Below are positions 38,874 to 47,524 of a stretch of 64,000 nucleotides of DNA, in pieces. A program made the position numbers and the translations under genes. Every line of letters begins with the position of its first letter. Within the stretch, counting starts at the first letter, position 1. The notes under the pieces are model-generated. The model did not search any database, had not been told where the DNA came from, and worked only from the letters and a program-made list of their open reading frames with translations. The DNA is from an uncultured Bdellovibrionales bacterium (GTDB taxonomy: Bacteria; Patescibacteriota; Minisyncoccia; Moranbacterales; UBA1568). Where the stretch lies: contig CAZTBI010000002.1 in assembly GCA_964612055.1 (NCBI GenBank), forward strand, positions 5,632 to 69,631, written 5' to 3'.

Positions 38874-39863
38874 TCAGAGATTGATTGGTATTTCTTTTAT
38901 ACCAAGTTCATTGAGCTTACCGTACACTTCTTGCGAAAATTCAGATGCCACTCCAAGAAATCCCTGCACTTTAGAGAGTGAGGCAATCTGTCCAATAGGA
39001 TCACTCTCGCCATCAATCTTTGTCTCATCCTTCAGTTGCATGGAGTACTTCACCATTTTGATCGCTTTCACATGAACATCAAGCATTTTTTCTGGAACCT
39101 CAACATCATTTATTTCCTCCAAAGTTTTCTCCCCTTTCTTTGAAAGCTCTTCCAGATATTTGGTATTCCCAAGAGTGATAGCTGAAAGTGATTCCGTACC
39201 AAGAGAAGTAAGCACGGAGCTCAAATCATTTTCATCATGAAATTTTTTCGGAGAATTGTTCGCCAAGATATACGCTATCACTGTCAGATATTCCACCGCA
39301 TCTTCTTTCTCTTGCTCCTCCCGCTTGCTCCCCTTCAAACTCTTTGAAAGATGCTTGATTTTGATGGTACTCATATCAACCTCAGGAAGAATAATCTCCT
39401 GATTTGATTGATCAAGAATACTTTGGACAGATTGATTGATATCCTCAAACGTTACCTCTCCATCCTGACCGAGGTTTTCGCCCTGTACCATACCTGCAAT
39501 CTGCTCCGAAACCTGATCCGTCAAGTTGGCCTCATTGGTCGTTGATGAAGTGTACGTTCTCGTATTTCCTGTTTCAGTCACGAGCTTATCACCAGGGGCG
39601 GGTTTCAATGGATCATATCCACTCTCCACTTCCACGCCATCCATATAGCTATCACCATCTGTATCCTTGTTGAGTGGATCAGTTTTATACAAAGTTTCTT
39701 CATCATTACTCAAACCATCTTGATCGGAGTCTTGAAAAATATTTTTTCCCGTGTCATCAGCAGAAACAAAAAAAGCCACACTCAAAAAGAGAAGGCTTGA
39801 AAAGAGAAAAAAAGAAACGCGTGCATTTCTCTCTGAAATACCTGACAGAAACTTTTGCAACAT
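38874..39863 (-). CDS. hypothetical secreted protein with Asp-rich Ca-binding-like repeats
   Basis: Start at MLQKFLSGISERNARVSFFLFSSLLFLSVAFFVSA signal peptide; DSDQDGLSNDEE...DKDTDGDSYMDGVE repeats. Confidence 0.5.
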   Translation of the reverse strand: MLQKFLSGISERNARVSFFLFSSLLFLSVAFFVSADDTGKNIFQDSDQDGLSNDEETLYKTDPLNKDTDGDSYMDGVEVESGYDPLKPAPGDKLVTETGNTRTYTSSTTNEANLTDQVSEQIAGMVQGENLGQDGEVTFEDINQSVQSILDQSNQEIILPEVDMSTIKIKHLSKSLKGSKREEQEKEDAVEYLTVIAYILANNSPKKFHDENDLSSVLTSLGTESLSAITLGNTKYLEELSKKGEKTLEEINDVEVPEKMLDVHVKAIKMVKYSMQLKDETKIDGESDPIGQIASLSKVQGFLGVASEFSQEVYGKLNELGIKEIPINL

Positions 39864-40192
39864 ACAGACTATTTTTATTTTCCCCAATACACTCAATAAC
39901 TCCAAAGAAATTATACCATTCTTTTCTGACAATACAAATACTTTTTCGAAGATATTTTGACAAGTGCTGTTTGTTTTTTAAAACCCTTACTCGAAAGAAA
40001 TATCTCCTGCTCATATCGCTAAAAAACGATTCTTCCTCTCTTGTATATTTTTAAGAGTTCTCAAGGTTTCAAAAAGTTACTCCGGCATCTTACCCAATAC
40101 TGCAAGAGTGTTGTTTTCACTCAAAACCTACTCCAAAACATACTTAAGAGATACCCTTTCATAATAGATTTTATACTATAATATATAAAACA

Positions 40193-41956
40193 CTATTTGT
40201 CAATATTATATGAGAGAAGACGAGAAGAAGAGAAAAGACCAAGCATCAACCAGAAAAGTAGCTGCCCTTGCTGAATATCCCAGAGATAATGATCAAAAAG
40301 TGAAACTACTCCTAAAAATAAGATTACTGCCTCTAATAAGGCCTTCGTCCTCAAGCCACCTATTGTTCCACGTGGAACATTTTTCACTAAATCAGTTTCA
40401 TTATTTTTCAAATGTTCCACGTGGAACATTTTTTCTTGATCTGATTTAATAGATTCTCTATTGTTCCACGTGGAACATTTTTTCTTAATCCAGTTTAAGA
40501 AACCCCGGATTGTTCCACGTGGAACAATTATTAAGATAAGAAAAATAAGGAAGAGGAGGGCTCCGATAAGGCCGGTTTCAGAAAAAATAAGGAGGAAAAG
40601 GTTATGAACTGGCTGAAATTGCCATGGGAACAACTTTTCGGAGAAAAAGTCCTGCATAGCAAAAACCGATTGACCTATACCCTCTCCTTGAAACGGGTAT
40701 TCCTTTAGGATAAAAAAGGAGCCTTTTTCAAGAAATACCCTTTCTTTAAAGGGCTGGGTAAAGAAATATTGCCAATTTACCATTCCTAGAAATAACCCCA
40801 TGGTGATGGTTATGAGTAAAATCTTAGGGATGTTCCACGTGGAACATTTTTTTCGGAACCAACTAAAGAGGTCTTGAATTGTTCCACGTGGAACATTTTT
40901 TTCGGAACCAACTAAAGAGGTCTTGAATTGTTCCACGTGGAACATCTTGTATACAAAGTAACCTATAGCGAGTAGGAGTCCTAAAAAGGCCCCTTTCGAG
41001 AAAGTGAGCAAAAAGCCAGTAACCTGAATGCCCAGGACAAGCCTGTACAATAAGACTGATTGTTCCACGTGGAACAATTGATGATTTTTCCATACATTGT
41101 TCCACGTGGAACATTTTTCCTGAATCCAACTGAGAATATTTTGGATTGTTCCACGTGGAACATTTTGTGAAGAATCCTGATCAGTGCTTCTTAGTATAAG
41201 TAAATGTTCCACGTGGAACATTTTTCTACCAAAAATAAGCGGGTAAGCTACGGTGAAAAGAATAGTTATTCCAAAAAACCCACCTAGGATATTTGGGTGC
41301 GGGAATAAGCCATAAGCACGAATAAGGCTCTCTTCTGCTAAGATGATCTTTGCTACTCCAGTGCCACCAGATGAAAGGATACTTTCTTTCAAAAAACTCA
41401 ATCCGAGAGAGGATTGTGAGATAAATTGAAGGATAGCCAGTACTGACTGGAAAAAGCCTCCTATAATCAAAGAAACAAACGTTATGTGCCGAATGTTCCA
41501 CGTGGAACAATCTTGGTGCTTTAAGGAAATTGTTCCACGTGGAACAAAATAAAGCAGAAGGAAGATGTAGAGCAAATAACCTGCTAGGAGTCGTGAAAAG
41601 GAGTAAGCACCCAGTAAATGACTTTTTGACCAGAAAATGGAAAGCCCTGACCAGAGAAGAAATGGTAGAGGAGCAAAGAATAGCACTTTAAATTGTTCCA
41701 CGTGGAACAATTGTTTCCACCACAATATTGACAGGATAGTATTTCTATTCTCTAATATAAATACTATGAGGACACCAAGCAGAAGCATGTCTGATAGGTA
41801 GAGCGAGATGTCCGTGTATTCATTGAAACCACTGGTTCCGTCTGGAGAAAAAACAAAAAAGACTTTTCGAACAGAAAGGGGGAGGGTGAAGAGAAAAAGA
41901 AAGAAGGTGGCTTTCCCTAGTCTCTTTTCTTTCAGAAAAACAGCCGGAGCTATCAT
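40193..41956 (-). CDS. O-antigen ligase (Wzy_C/WaaL)-like membrane protein interrupted in frame by multiple palindromic repeat insertions
   Basis: Non-repeat segments (AYGLFPHPNILGGFFGITIL; PFQGEGIGQSVFAMQDFFSEKLFPWQFQPVHNLFLLIFSETGLIGALLF) align with the O-antigen-ligase paralog at 62462-63748; repeat-encoded MFHVEH / NVPRGTI / KCSTWN peptides recur 14 times. Confidence 0.5.
   Translation of the reverse strand: MIAPAVFLKEKRLGKATFFLFLFTLPLSVRKVFFVFSPDGTSGFNEYTDISLYLSDMLLLGVLIVFILENRNTILSILWWKQLFHVEQFKVLFFAPLPFLLWSGLSIFWSKSHLLGAYSFSRLLAGYLLYIFLLLYFVPRGTISLKHQDCSTWNIRHITFVSLIIGGFFQSVLAILQFISQSSLGLSFLKESILSSGGTGVAKIILAEESLIRAYGLFPHPNILGGFFGITILFTVAYPLIFGRKMFHVEHLLILRSTDQDSSQNVPRGTIQNILSWIQEKCSTWNNVWKNHQLFHVEQSVLLYRLVLGIQVTGFLLTFSKGAFLGLLLAIGYFVYKMFHVEQFKTSLVGSEKNVPRGTIQDLFSWFRKKCSTWNIPKILLITITMGLFLGMVNWQYFFTQPFKERVFLEKGSFFILKEYPFQGEGIGQSVFAMQDFFSEKLFPWQFQPVHNLFLLIFSETGLIGALLFLIFLILIIVPRGTIRGFLNWIKKKCSTWNNRESIKSDQEKMFHVEHLKNNETDLVKNVPRGTIGGLRTKALLEAVILFLGVVSLFDHYLWDIQQGQLLFWLMLGLFSSSRLLSYNIDK
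40364..41709. repeat. 14 copies of perfect 16-bp palindrome TGTTCCACGTGGAACA in five clusters (49-bp tandem units plus singles)
   Basis: Copies start at 40364, 40413, 40462, 40511, 40831, 40880, 40929, 41061, 41098, 41147, 41205, 41494, 41531, 41694; spacings 49/49/49, 49/49, 37/49/58, 37; flanks conserved (attgttccacgtggaacatttt). Confidence 0.9.
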
Positions 41957-42060
41957 ACGGGAAGCATTATAGCTCTATTATAACGAATCTTTAGTTCTTT
42001 TGCACCTTAAGAAACATTGACGAAAGCCTAAAACTCAGTATGATGAGGAAGTAGCTTTTT

Positions 42061-42133
42061 GGGCCATTAGCTCATTTGGTAGAGCACTTCCATGGCATGG
42101 AAGGGGTGGCCGGTTCGAATCCGGCATGGTCCA
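42061..42133 (+). tRNA. tRNA-Ala (anticodon GGC)
   Basis: Acceptor GGGCCAT/ATGGTCC, anticodon stem CTTCC/GGAAG with loop ATGGCAT, T-loop TTCGAAT. Confidence 0.8.
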
Positions 42134-42201
42134 CATCGACGCATTCGAACGGGAGAGTGAGTATTCCGGCATGGTCCACACTCAAAATAAATACCCATTG
42201 T

Positions 42202-42225
42202 CCCCGAAAAGGGGATTTTTGTTTT
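42202..42225 (+). terminator. rho-independent terminator after tRNA-Ala
   Basis: CCCCGAAAAGGGG hairpin followed by ATTTTTGTTTT. Confidence 0.55.
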
Positions 42226-42290
42226 ACTTCGACTGTGACCATTGATACAATAGAAGAAACGTGATAGAGTTCACTCTTACCACGTCGGGA

Positions 42291-42362
42291 GCCCTTGTAG
42301 TTCAACGGATAGAACGACTCACTCCTAACGAGTAAACGTAGGTTCGACTCCTACCGAGGGCA
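42291..42362 (+). tRNA. tRNA-Arg (anticodon CCT)
   Basis: Acceptor GCCCTTG/CGAGGGC (one G-U), D-stem GTTC/GAAC, anticodon loop CTCCTAA, T-loop TTCGACT, 72 nt. Confidence 0.75.
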
Positions 42363-42392
42363 CACAAACAAGCCATTTTCATCACTTATACA

Positions 42393-42743
42393 GTGTTATC
42401 CCAACCTATGTCATCAATGCGCATCACCAAAGTCAACGAGCAAATTCGAAAACTCTTAGGAGAGATCATGGAACGGGAACTTTCTCTCAAGCCCGGAGTT
42501 ATTATTACTATTGCCAAGGTTGACACTTCAAAAGATCTCCGCTATACTCGCATGTTCATTAGTGTTTTCCCAGAGAGCGAAACACGCTACGTCTCAGAGA
42601 CTCTAAAAAAAGAACTCTCGGGAATACAAAAGAACCTCTACGCCAAATTGTACATGCGACCGATGCCCAAACTTTCCTTCGAAATCGATACCACGGAGCA
42701 GGAAGCAGACAAAGTAGAGAAAATACTGAAGAGCCTTGATTAA
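42393..42743 (+). CDS. rbfA: ribosome-binding factor A
   Basis: RITKVNEQIRKLLGEIMERELSLKPGVIITIAKVDTSKDLRYTRMFISVF typical RbfA KH-like fold sequence, 116 aa. Confidence 0.8.
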   Translation: MLSQPMSSMRITKVNEQIRKLLGEIMERELSLKPGVIITIAKVDTSKDLRYTRMFISVFPESETRYVSETLKKELSGIQKNLYAKLYMRPMPKLSFEIDTTEQEADKVEKILKSLD

Positions 42744-42769
42744 AGCATTTTCTCGACTTATACACGGTT

Positions 42770-43729
42770 ATGCAACGTTTCGACAAAGAATTCCGAACGC
42801 TCGCCTACGTCATTTCCAAAGCGGAACGTATTCTTCTTTTTGCACACAGCCGTCCTGATCCAGATACCGTCGGTGCCAACCTCGCCCTCGAAGAGCACCT
42901 CCGTTCTCTGGGGAAAAAGGTTGATATTGCTTGCTTCAATCCCTTCCCGGATAGCCTCAAAGGATTGGCAGAAAAAACATTTCTTCATCCTGATCAACTC
43001 GATCTTCAAAAGTATGATGTTGTCATTGGAAGTGACAGCGTGGATCGCGGACTCGATACCGTCATGTCCCGTTTTCATGAAAAGCAAGTGATCATTCTGA
43101 TCGATCATCATCCAGATATAACTCTTACGGGCGATGTCGTCATTATCGATCCAGAATATTCTTCAACATCAGAACTGCTCTATCTTTTTTTCACCGCTAC
43201 TGATGCGCCTATTTCGAAATCCATGGCGACGATGCTTCTCATGGGCATCCTCTTTGATACTGGTGGCTTTCAGCACGGAGGAGTATCACCGCAAGTAATG
43301 GAGATCGCTTCCGAACTCATGAAAAAAGGAGCGCCACTTTCAAAAATCTCACAGACCATTTTCACCAACAAAAATATTGGTGCCATGAAGCTGTGGGGCA
43401 AGGCGTTTGAAAAAGCGAAATTCAATAAAGAAACCGGCATGCTTGTCACGGCGGTCACCCAAAAAGACATCGATGAGTGCGCTGCCTGTGCCGAAGATAT
43501 TTATCAGGTAGCTTCTATTCTCTCCACCGTCCCCGATGCGAAATTTGCGATGGTCCTTTCAGAACGTGATCACGTAACTGTCCGGGCATCACTTCGTTCT
43601 ATGGAACATCATGGTATTGATGTCTCTGCAATCGCTCATCAATTCGGCGGGGGAGGACACAAGCTCGCCAGTGGTTTCGAAGTACCGGGGAAAATTATTG
43701 AAACCAAAGAAGGTTTCAGTATTGCGTAA
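42770..43729 (+). CDS. nrnA: DHH/DHHA1-family phosphoesterase (NrnA-like oligoribonuclease / pAp phosphatase)
   Basis: HSRPDPDTVGANLAL, IDHHPD (DHH motif), GGGH near C-terminus (DHHA1); follows rbfA as is common. Confidence 0.8.
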   Translation: MQRFDKEFRTLAYVISKAERILLFAHSRPDPDTVGANLALEEHLRSLGKKVDIACFNPFPDSLKGLAEKTFLHPDQLDLQKYDVVIGSDSVDRGLDTVMSRFHEKQVIILIDHHPDITLTGDVVIIDPEYSSTSELLYLFFTATDAPISKSMATMLLMGILFDTGGFQHGGVSPQVMEIASELMKKGAPLSKISQTIFTNKNIGAMKLWGKAFEKAKFNKETGMLVTAVTQKDIDECAACAEDIYQVASILSTVPDAKFAMVLSERDHVTVRASLRSMEHHGIDVSAIAHQFGGGGHKLASGFEVPGKIIETKEGFSIA

Positions 43730-43735
43730 TGTCGT

Positions 43736-44335
43736 ATGGAGAAACAAAAAAAATTAGAAGCGCTCAATATTCTCATGGCCGCTTCTTGCGCCTGTGCATT
43801 GAAAGATGAAGCAACGCAAGCCGTACCTGGAGATGGGAGCGCAGAAGCGGAAATCATGTTCATCGGAGAAGCGCCTGGAAAAAAAGAAGACGAGCTGGGC
43901 GTTCCCTTTGTCGGAGCTTCAGGAAAGTTTCTTTCCGAAATGCTCGCCACCATCAATTTGAAACGTGAAGACATCTACATCACCAACGTCGTAAAATATC
44001 GTCCGCCAAATAATCGTGATCCACTTCCAGAAGAAATTGATGCGTGTATGCCGTGGCTTCACGAACAAATAAAAATCATTCAGCCAAAAATTATTGTGAC
44101 GCTTGGTCGTCACGCCATGGAACACTTCATTTCCGGTAAAAAGATTTCCGAGATTCACGGTCAGACTTTTCGAAGAACGTTCGACGATATCGGTGAGCAA
44201 GTATTCTTTTCTTTGTACCATCCAGCCGCTGCCCTTTATAACGGCGGTATGCGTCAGACCCTTATAGAAGATTTCAAAAAGATTCCAAAGGTGATAGAAG
44301 AGATAAAGGAAGGGAATAAAAATCCGGTCTTGTGA
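43736..44335 (+). CDS. udg: uracil-DNA glycosylase, family 4
   Basis: MFIGEAPGKKEDELGVPFVGASGKFL (GEAPG...PFVG motif), 199 aa. Confidence 0.8.
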   Translation: MEKQKKLEALNILMAASCACALKDEATQAVPGDGSAEAEIMFIGEAPGKKEDELGVPFVGASGKFLSEMLATINLKREDIYITNVVKYRPPNNRDPLPEEIDACMPWLHEQIKIIQPKIIVTLGRHAMEHFISGKKISEIHGQTFRRTFDDIGEQVFFSLYHPAAALYNGGMRQTLIEDFKKIPKVIEEIKEGNKNPVL

Positions 44336-44348
44336 CCGGATTTTTTTG

Positions 44349-44430
44349 TGGGCGAGGAGGGACTCGAACCCTCATGTCTTTTGGACACAACATTTTAAGT
44401 GTCGCGTGTATACCATTCCACCACTCGCCC
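44349..44430 (-). tRNA. tRNA-Leu (anticodon TAA), type II
   Basis: Reverse complement gives GGGCGAG...anticodon loop CTTAAAA, long variable arm TGTCCAAAAGACATGA, T-loop TTCGAGT, acceptor TCGCCC-A; 82 nt. Confidence 0.85.
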
Positions 44431-44444
44431 ATTTATAAATTTTC

Positions 44445-44933
44445 CTAACCTTTCTTTTTATTTCTTCCTCTATGTGTTGGTTTTAAACTATGACAATTTG
44501 GACAAAGAACTCTCAAATTTTCTAATCGATTATCATTTCTGTCACCGTTTATATGATCCAGCTCCAGAGGAATTCTTCCATCCTCTGAAACTTTTTTCCA
44601 GCCACATTCTTCACATTCTTTCTTTTTTATTTCCGCTCCAAAAAGTCGCTTCTTTAATTTAAAGCTCTGATAGCTTGAATTTTTAACAAGTATTTTTTCT
44701 AAAGTTTTCGGAGCTTTACGAGCAAATGGCATTCCCTTGCTCCAACCCATTCCTAAAAAATGACTCGTGTTGAGATTAAGTTGAGAGATTCTATTCTGAA
44801 TTTGAACATAATTTCCGCCTGCAGGAATAAGACCAAGAGCATAGATCACCTGTCGGACACTTCTTGATTCTTTAACGGCCTCTACAAGTTGCTTCTCTGT
44901 CCATTTACAACTCCTCATATGGTACACTATCAC
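44445..44933 (-). CDS. HNH endonuclease
   Basis: C-terminal CEECGW...ELDHINGDRNDNRLENLRVLCPNCHS (HNH/His-Me finger with Zn-binding Cys pairs); 162 aa. Confidence 0.75.
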   Translation of the reverse strand: MIVYHMRSCKWTEKQLVEAVKESRSVRQVIYALGLIPAGGNYVQIQNRISQLNLNTSHFLGMGWSKGMPFARKAPKTLEKILVKNSSYQSFKLKKRLFGAEIKKKECEECGWKKVSEDGRIPLELDHINGDRNDNRLENLRVLCPNCHSLKPTHRGRNKKKG

Positions 44934-44981
44934 TTATATCTTTAAGTATACCATTAAAAATCTTGATTTCAAATAACCTAG

Positions 44982-45052
44982 AGGTCGCGTCCGGAGTCGA
45001 ACCGGACTAAAGGGATTTGCAGTCCCGTGCCTAACCGATCGGCCACGCGACC
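44982..45052 (-). tRNA. tRNA-Cys (anticodon GCA)
   Basis: Reverse complement: acceptor GGTCGCG/CGCGACC, anticodon loop CTGCAAA, T-loop TTCGACT, discriminator U (typical of tRNA-Cys); 71 nt. Confidence 0.8.
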
Positions 45053-45171
45053 ATTGTGCTTTTCAGTACTTCCAAAGCCTACCAAATAGGCAAGAGAGCG
45101 TCAATAAAATTAAAAGGCGCACTCCGGAATCCAGGTGCGCCCATCGAGTCTTCATACGGGATCGAGCAGAC

Positions 45172-45438
45172 CTAGACCTGTCTCTTTACAAGGAGAAAGG
45201 TCGTGGTACAGACATCACTCGAGCCGCGGCGTTCTCGCAGCTTCGTGAGCGATACCGCTTCATACCCACGCAATTTGCAAATGGCATTCAGAATGGCGAC
45301 ACTTTCGCTTGCCATCAAAGCCTCCACCGACACGATACCTTGCTCGTCACAGAACTTGTTCAGTCCGTCTTGGTCCATGTTGAGATCAAGTTTCGCGTCC
45401 TCAGCACGAAGCCATAGGTTAGAGTGGTGTTGCGACAT
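45172..45438 (-). CDS. hypothetical small protein
   Basis: 88-aa ORF (start MSQHHSNLWLRAEDAKL) with protein-like composition; no motif; weakly supported. Confidence 0.3.
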   Translation of the reverse strand: MSQHHSNLWLRAEDAKLDLNMDQDGLNKFCDEQGIVSVEALMASESVAILNAICKLRGYEAVSLTKLRERRGSSDVCTTTFLLVKRQV

Positions 45439-45597
45439 ATCGAGCTCGTGGCTCGATACCAAAGTCAATGTTGCATAAGTCACTGTAAGGTATCCTCTCA
45501 AAAAAGTTAATGAGCCTGAATCCTCTGTAAAGCTTTCAAATCTAAGACTTGTCAACTTTATGGAAGAGGGGAGCCGAAGCTCCCCGTTCCGCTACTC

Positions 45598-46155
45598 TTA
45601 CTGTACTATCTCTGCAGTCAGGTTCTGACGACCAAAGGCGAAAGCTTCTGACTTGGTTTCGACATAGATGTCGATGTGGTTACCCTTGATAGCACCACCA
45701 CGGTCTTCACAACGGTACTCACCCATACCTTCGATAGCAATCTTGGTACCAAAGGGGAGGGCTGGAGGACAGGCCAAGGTACGTTTTTCTTGTACCTTCA
45801 AACCTGAAGCCGTAATACCATCCGACTTACCACATTCATCAGCCGCAGCCGTATAGGCAGAAGCATTGATGGTAAAAGGGTCAGTCGGGAGATTCTTCCA
45901 CAGATGAGCCTGCTTTTCTTTCCAACGGGCAAGCATTTTCTCATCTTTGCTCATTTCGGTTACTGGCGTCGCTACCTGCTTGTCCTTGTCCTCAAGGATA
46001 AATGTCCATTCGAGGAGGTACGGATCGTTCTGGTAGCTATAATCAGTGTTCGAAAAAAGCTCATTTTCGTTTGAAGCAGCCTGTACGGTATCAATCTGGG
46101 AAAGAGCACTCACTAATACGATTATCGCGAAAAGAAAGTCTTTTCGTGCACCCAT
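45598..46155 (-). CDS. 3D-domain (MltA/RlpA-like) cell-wall-associated protein with signal peptide
   Basis: C-terminal TASGLKVQEKRTLACPPALPFGTKIAIEGMGEYRCEDRGGAIKGNHIDIYVETKSEAFAFG matches the 3D domain (three conserved Asp). Confidence 0.7.
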   Translation of the reverse strand: MGARKDFLFAIIVLVSALSQIDTVQAASNENELFSNTDYSYQNDPYLLEWTFILEDKDKQVATPVTEMSKDEKMLARWKEKQAHLWKNLPTDPFTINASAYTAAADECGKSDGITASGLKVQEKRTLACPPALPFGTKIAIEGMGEYRCEDRGGAIKGNHIDIYVETKSEAFAFGRQNLTAEIVQ

Positions 46156-46221
46156 AGTATGTTCTTAGGATAAGCCGTGGCCCTCGGAAGGGTGACGGGC
46201 TAGCTCGTAAGCCAACTGAGC

Positions 46222-46250
46222 ATATTAGCACATTTTTGTATTTTAGTCAA
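46222..46250 (-). promoter_or_regulatory. sigma-70-like promoter TTGACT-N17-TAATAT for the 3D-domain gene
   Basis: On minus strand: TTGACT(aaaatacaaaaatgtgc)TAATAT about 75 nt upstream of the ATG. Confidence 0.4.
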
Positions 46251-46340
46251 TGCTATTATCTGAACTTGTGGCTTATATAAAGCAAAAAGCTCATTTTTTA
46301 ATGAGGATTTTGGCTTATTTTAGGGAAAAGTATGGAAATT

Positions 46341-46967
46341 TTAGGTACCCGGGTCAGAACGATCCCACTCCTTCAACTGACCAGCCCGACGCTCTAGAGG
46401 CGAAGCTTTGCGAAGGGATTTTTCTTGACCTTTGGGAATGAGGGGGTAGTGCTTAGATTCATCGAGGGCCAGGGCGATATCCCAGAGATGCTTCTCTGAG
46501 GTAATCCAATCCGTTCCGAAGCGTTTCAGCGAAAATGGCCGAGAATAGCTCCGAAGCGTCTTTTCTCCGGTACTGACCAACACATATTCATGAAAATACG
46601 ACAGGGCGAGTTCTCTTAAAGTGCGATAAATAGGGTCACGATAGCGGAGCACAGGGTGATTACTCTTACTGATCGCGCCCCAGTAACCATTGTGTTTAAA
46701 AGGGACAATCACATGATCAAAGTCTGGCGACTTTGCTTTCAAGTCGAGAAGGAGCGGCTTTTCTCCATGAAGCCACAAAGCCGTGGCAGCGATAAAAGCG
46801 CCTTCTATGCAATGAGCTCGGCCTTTGCGGAGCGCCATACGAGGAGAAGAACAGGAGTCACTGTACCGAGAGAGATTACTCGGAAAGGCATCGAGGAAGT
46901 CCTGGATCTTCTCTGGAGTATCAAGTTTCTTCAAAACTGCTAGTTCTTCTTTAGAAAGACCAAGCAT
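46341..46967 (-). CDS. hypothetical protein, possibly transglutaminase-like cysteine-protease fold
   Basis: 208 aa; GRAHCIEGAFIAATALWLHG (Cys in G-x-C context), DFDHVIVPF, YWGAIS could form a Cys-His-Asp triad; tentative. Confidence 0.4.
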   Translation of the reverse strand: MLGLSKEELAVLKKLDTPEKIQDFLDAFPSNLSRYSDSCSSPRMALRKGRAHCIEGAFIAATALWLHGEKPLLLDLKAKSPDFDHVIVPFKHNGYWGAISKSNHPVLRYRDPIYRTLRELALSYFHEYVLVSTGEKTLRSYSRPFSLKRFGTDWITSEKHLWDIALALDESKHYPLIPKGQEKSLRKASPLERRAGQLKEWDRSDPGT

Positions 46968-46971
46968 AGAA

Positions 46972-47430
46972 TTAGACCGCGTCAGAGAGACTGCGCTTTC
47001 CTTCTTTCACCAACGAAAGTGAAAGGAAAAAGATAGAGATGATAATGAGGGTACAGATAAAGCACAGGAGACAAAAGGCTTTGATGAAAAAGATTTCACG
47101 ATAGATGATAAAACCATTGAAACACATACCGAGAAATGACAGGGTGGCGAGGATTTTCGCCTGCACATACGACTGATGCTTGTAGCCATACCAAGCCAGG
47201 CCGAGGAGTATCGGATAGACCACGAGCGCTACCCAGGGGAAAGGAATACCAAAGACATTCGAAAGAGGATGACGCAGCACTTCGCTACAGGAGTTGAATT
47301 TTGAAAAATCACAAAGCGAGGTCAGTCCCAATGGATCAACATAGCGGAAATAATAGGCTTTGTAGCTCAGATACGCGGCGTTGACCAGGGCTATGGCCGC
47401 TAAAATAATAATGGTGCGGTACTTTTTCAT
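46972..47430 (-). CDS. vitamin K epoxide reductase (VKOR) family membrane protein
   Basis: Loop Cys pair CDFSKFNSCSEVL, TM CxxC (CLLCFIC), 4 TM helices, 152 aa. Confidence 0.6.
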   Translation of the reverse strand: MKKYRTIIILAAIALVNAAYLSYKAYYFRYVDPLGLTSLCDFSKFNSCSEVLRHPLSNVFGIPFPWVALVVYPILLGLAWYGYKHQSYVQAKILATLSFLGMCFNGFIIYREIFFIKAFCLLCFICTLIIISIFFLSLSLVKEGKRSLSDAV

Positions 47431-47524
47431 AAGGTAACATTAGCAATTCCTTTTGTAGTCTATCATATTTTCATAACAAAAAAGAAAAACTGCCGGCCGG
47501 AATTCCGACAGGCAGTCGTGAACA

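Noticed and set aside
40364-41709. Possible CRISPR array (regularly spaced short palindromic repeats)
   Set aside because: The repeat core is only 16 bp (about 22 with flanks). The spacers within clusters are near-identical degenerate copies of one another, not unique protospacer-like sequences. Spacing is irregular between clusters, the array lies inside a long ORF, and no cas genes are nearby.
42072-42305. ORFs overlapping tRNA-Ala and tRNA-Arg (42072-42305 minus strand, 42076-42264 plus strand)
   Set aside because: They overlap tRNA genes and a terminator, with no coding signal.
46156-46340. c-di-AMP (ydaO-type) riboswitch upstream of the 3D-domain cell-wall gene
   Set aside because: The predicted 5' leader from the TTGACT-N17-TAATAT promoter is only about 70 nt and lacks the conserved ydaO elements; a riboswitch is unlikely.
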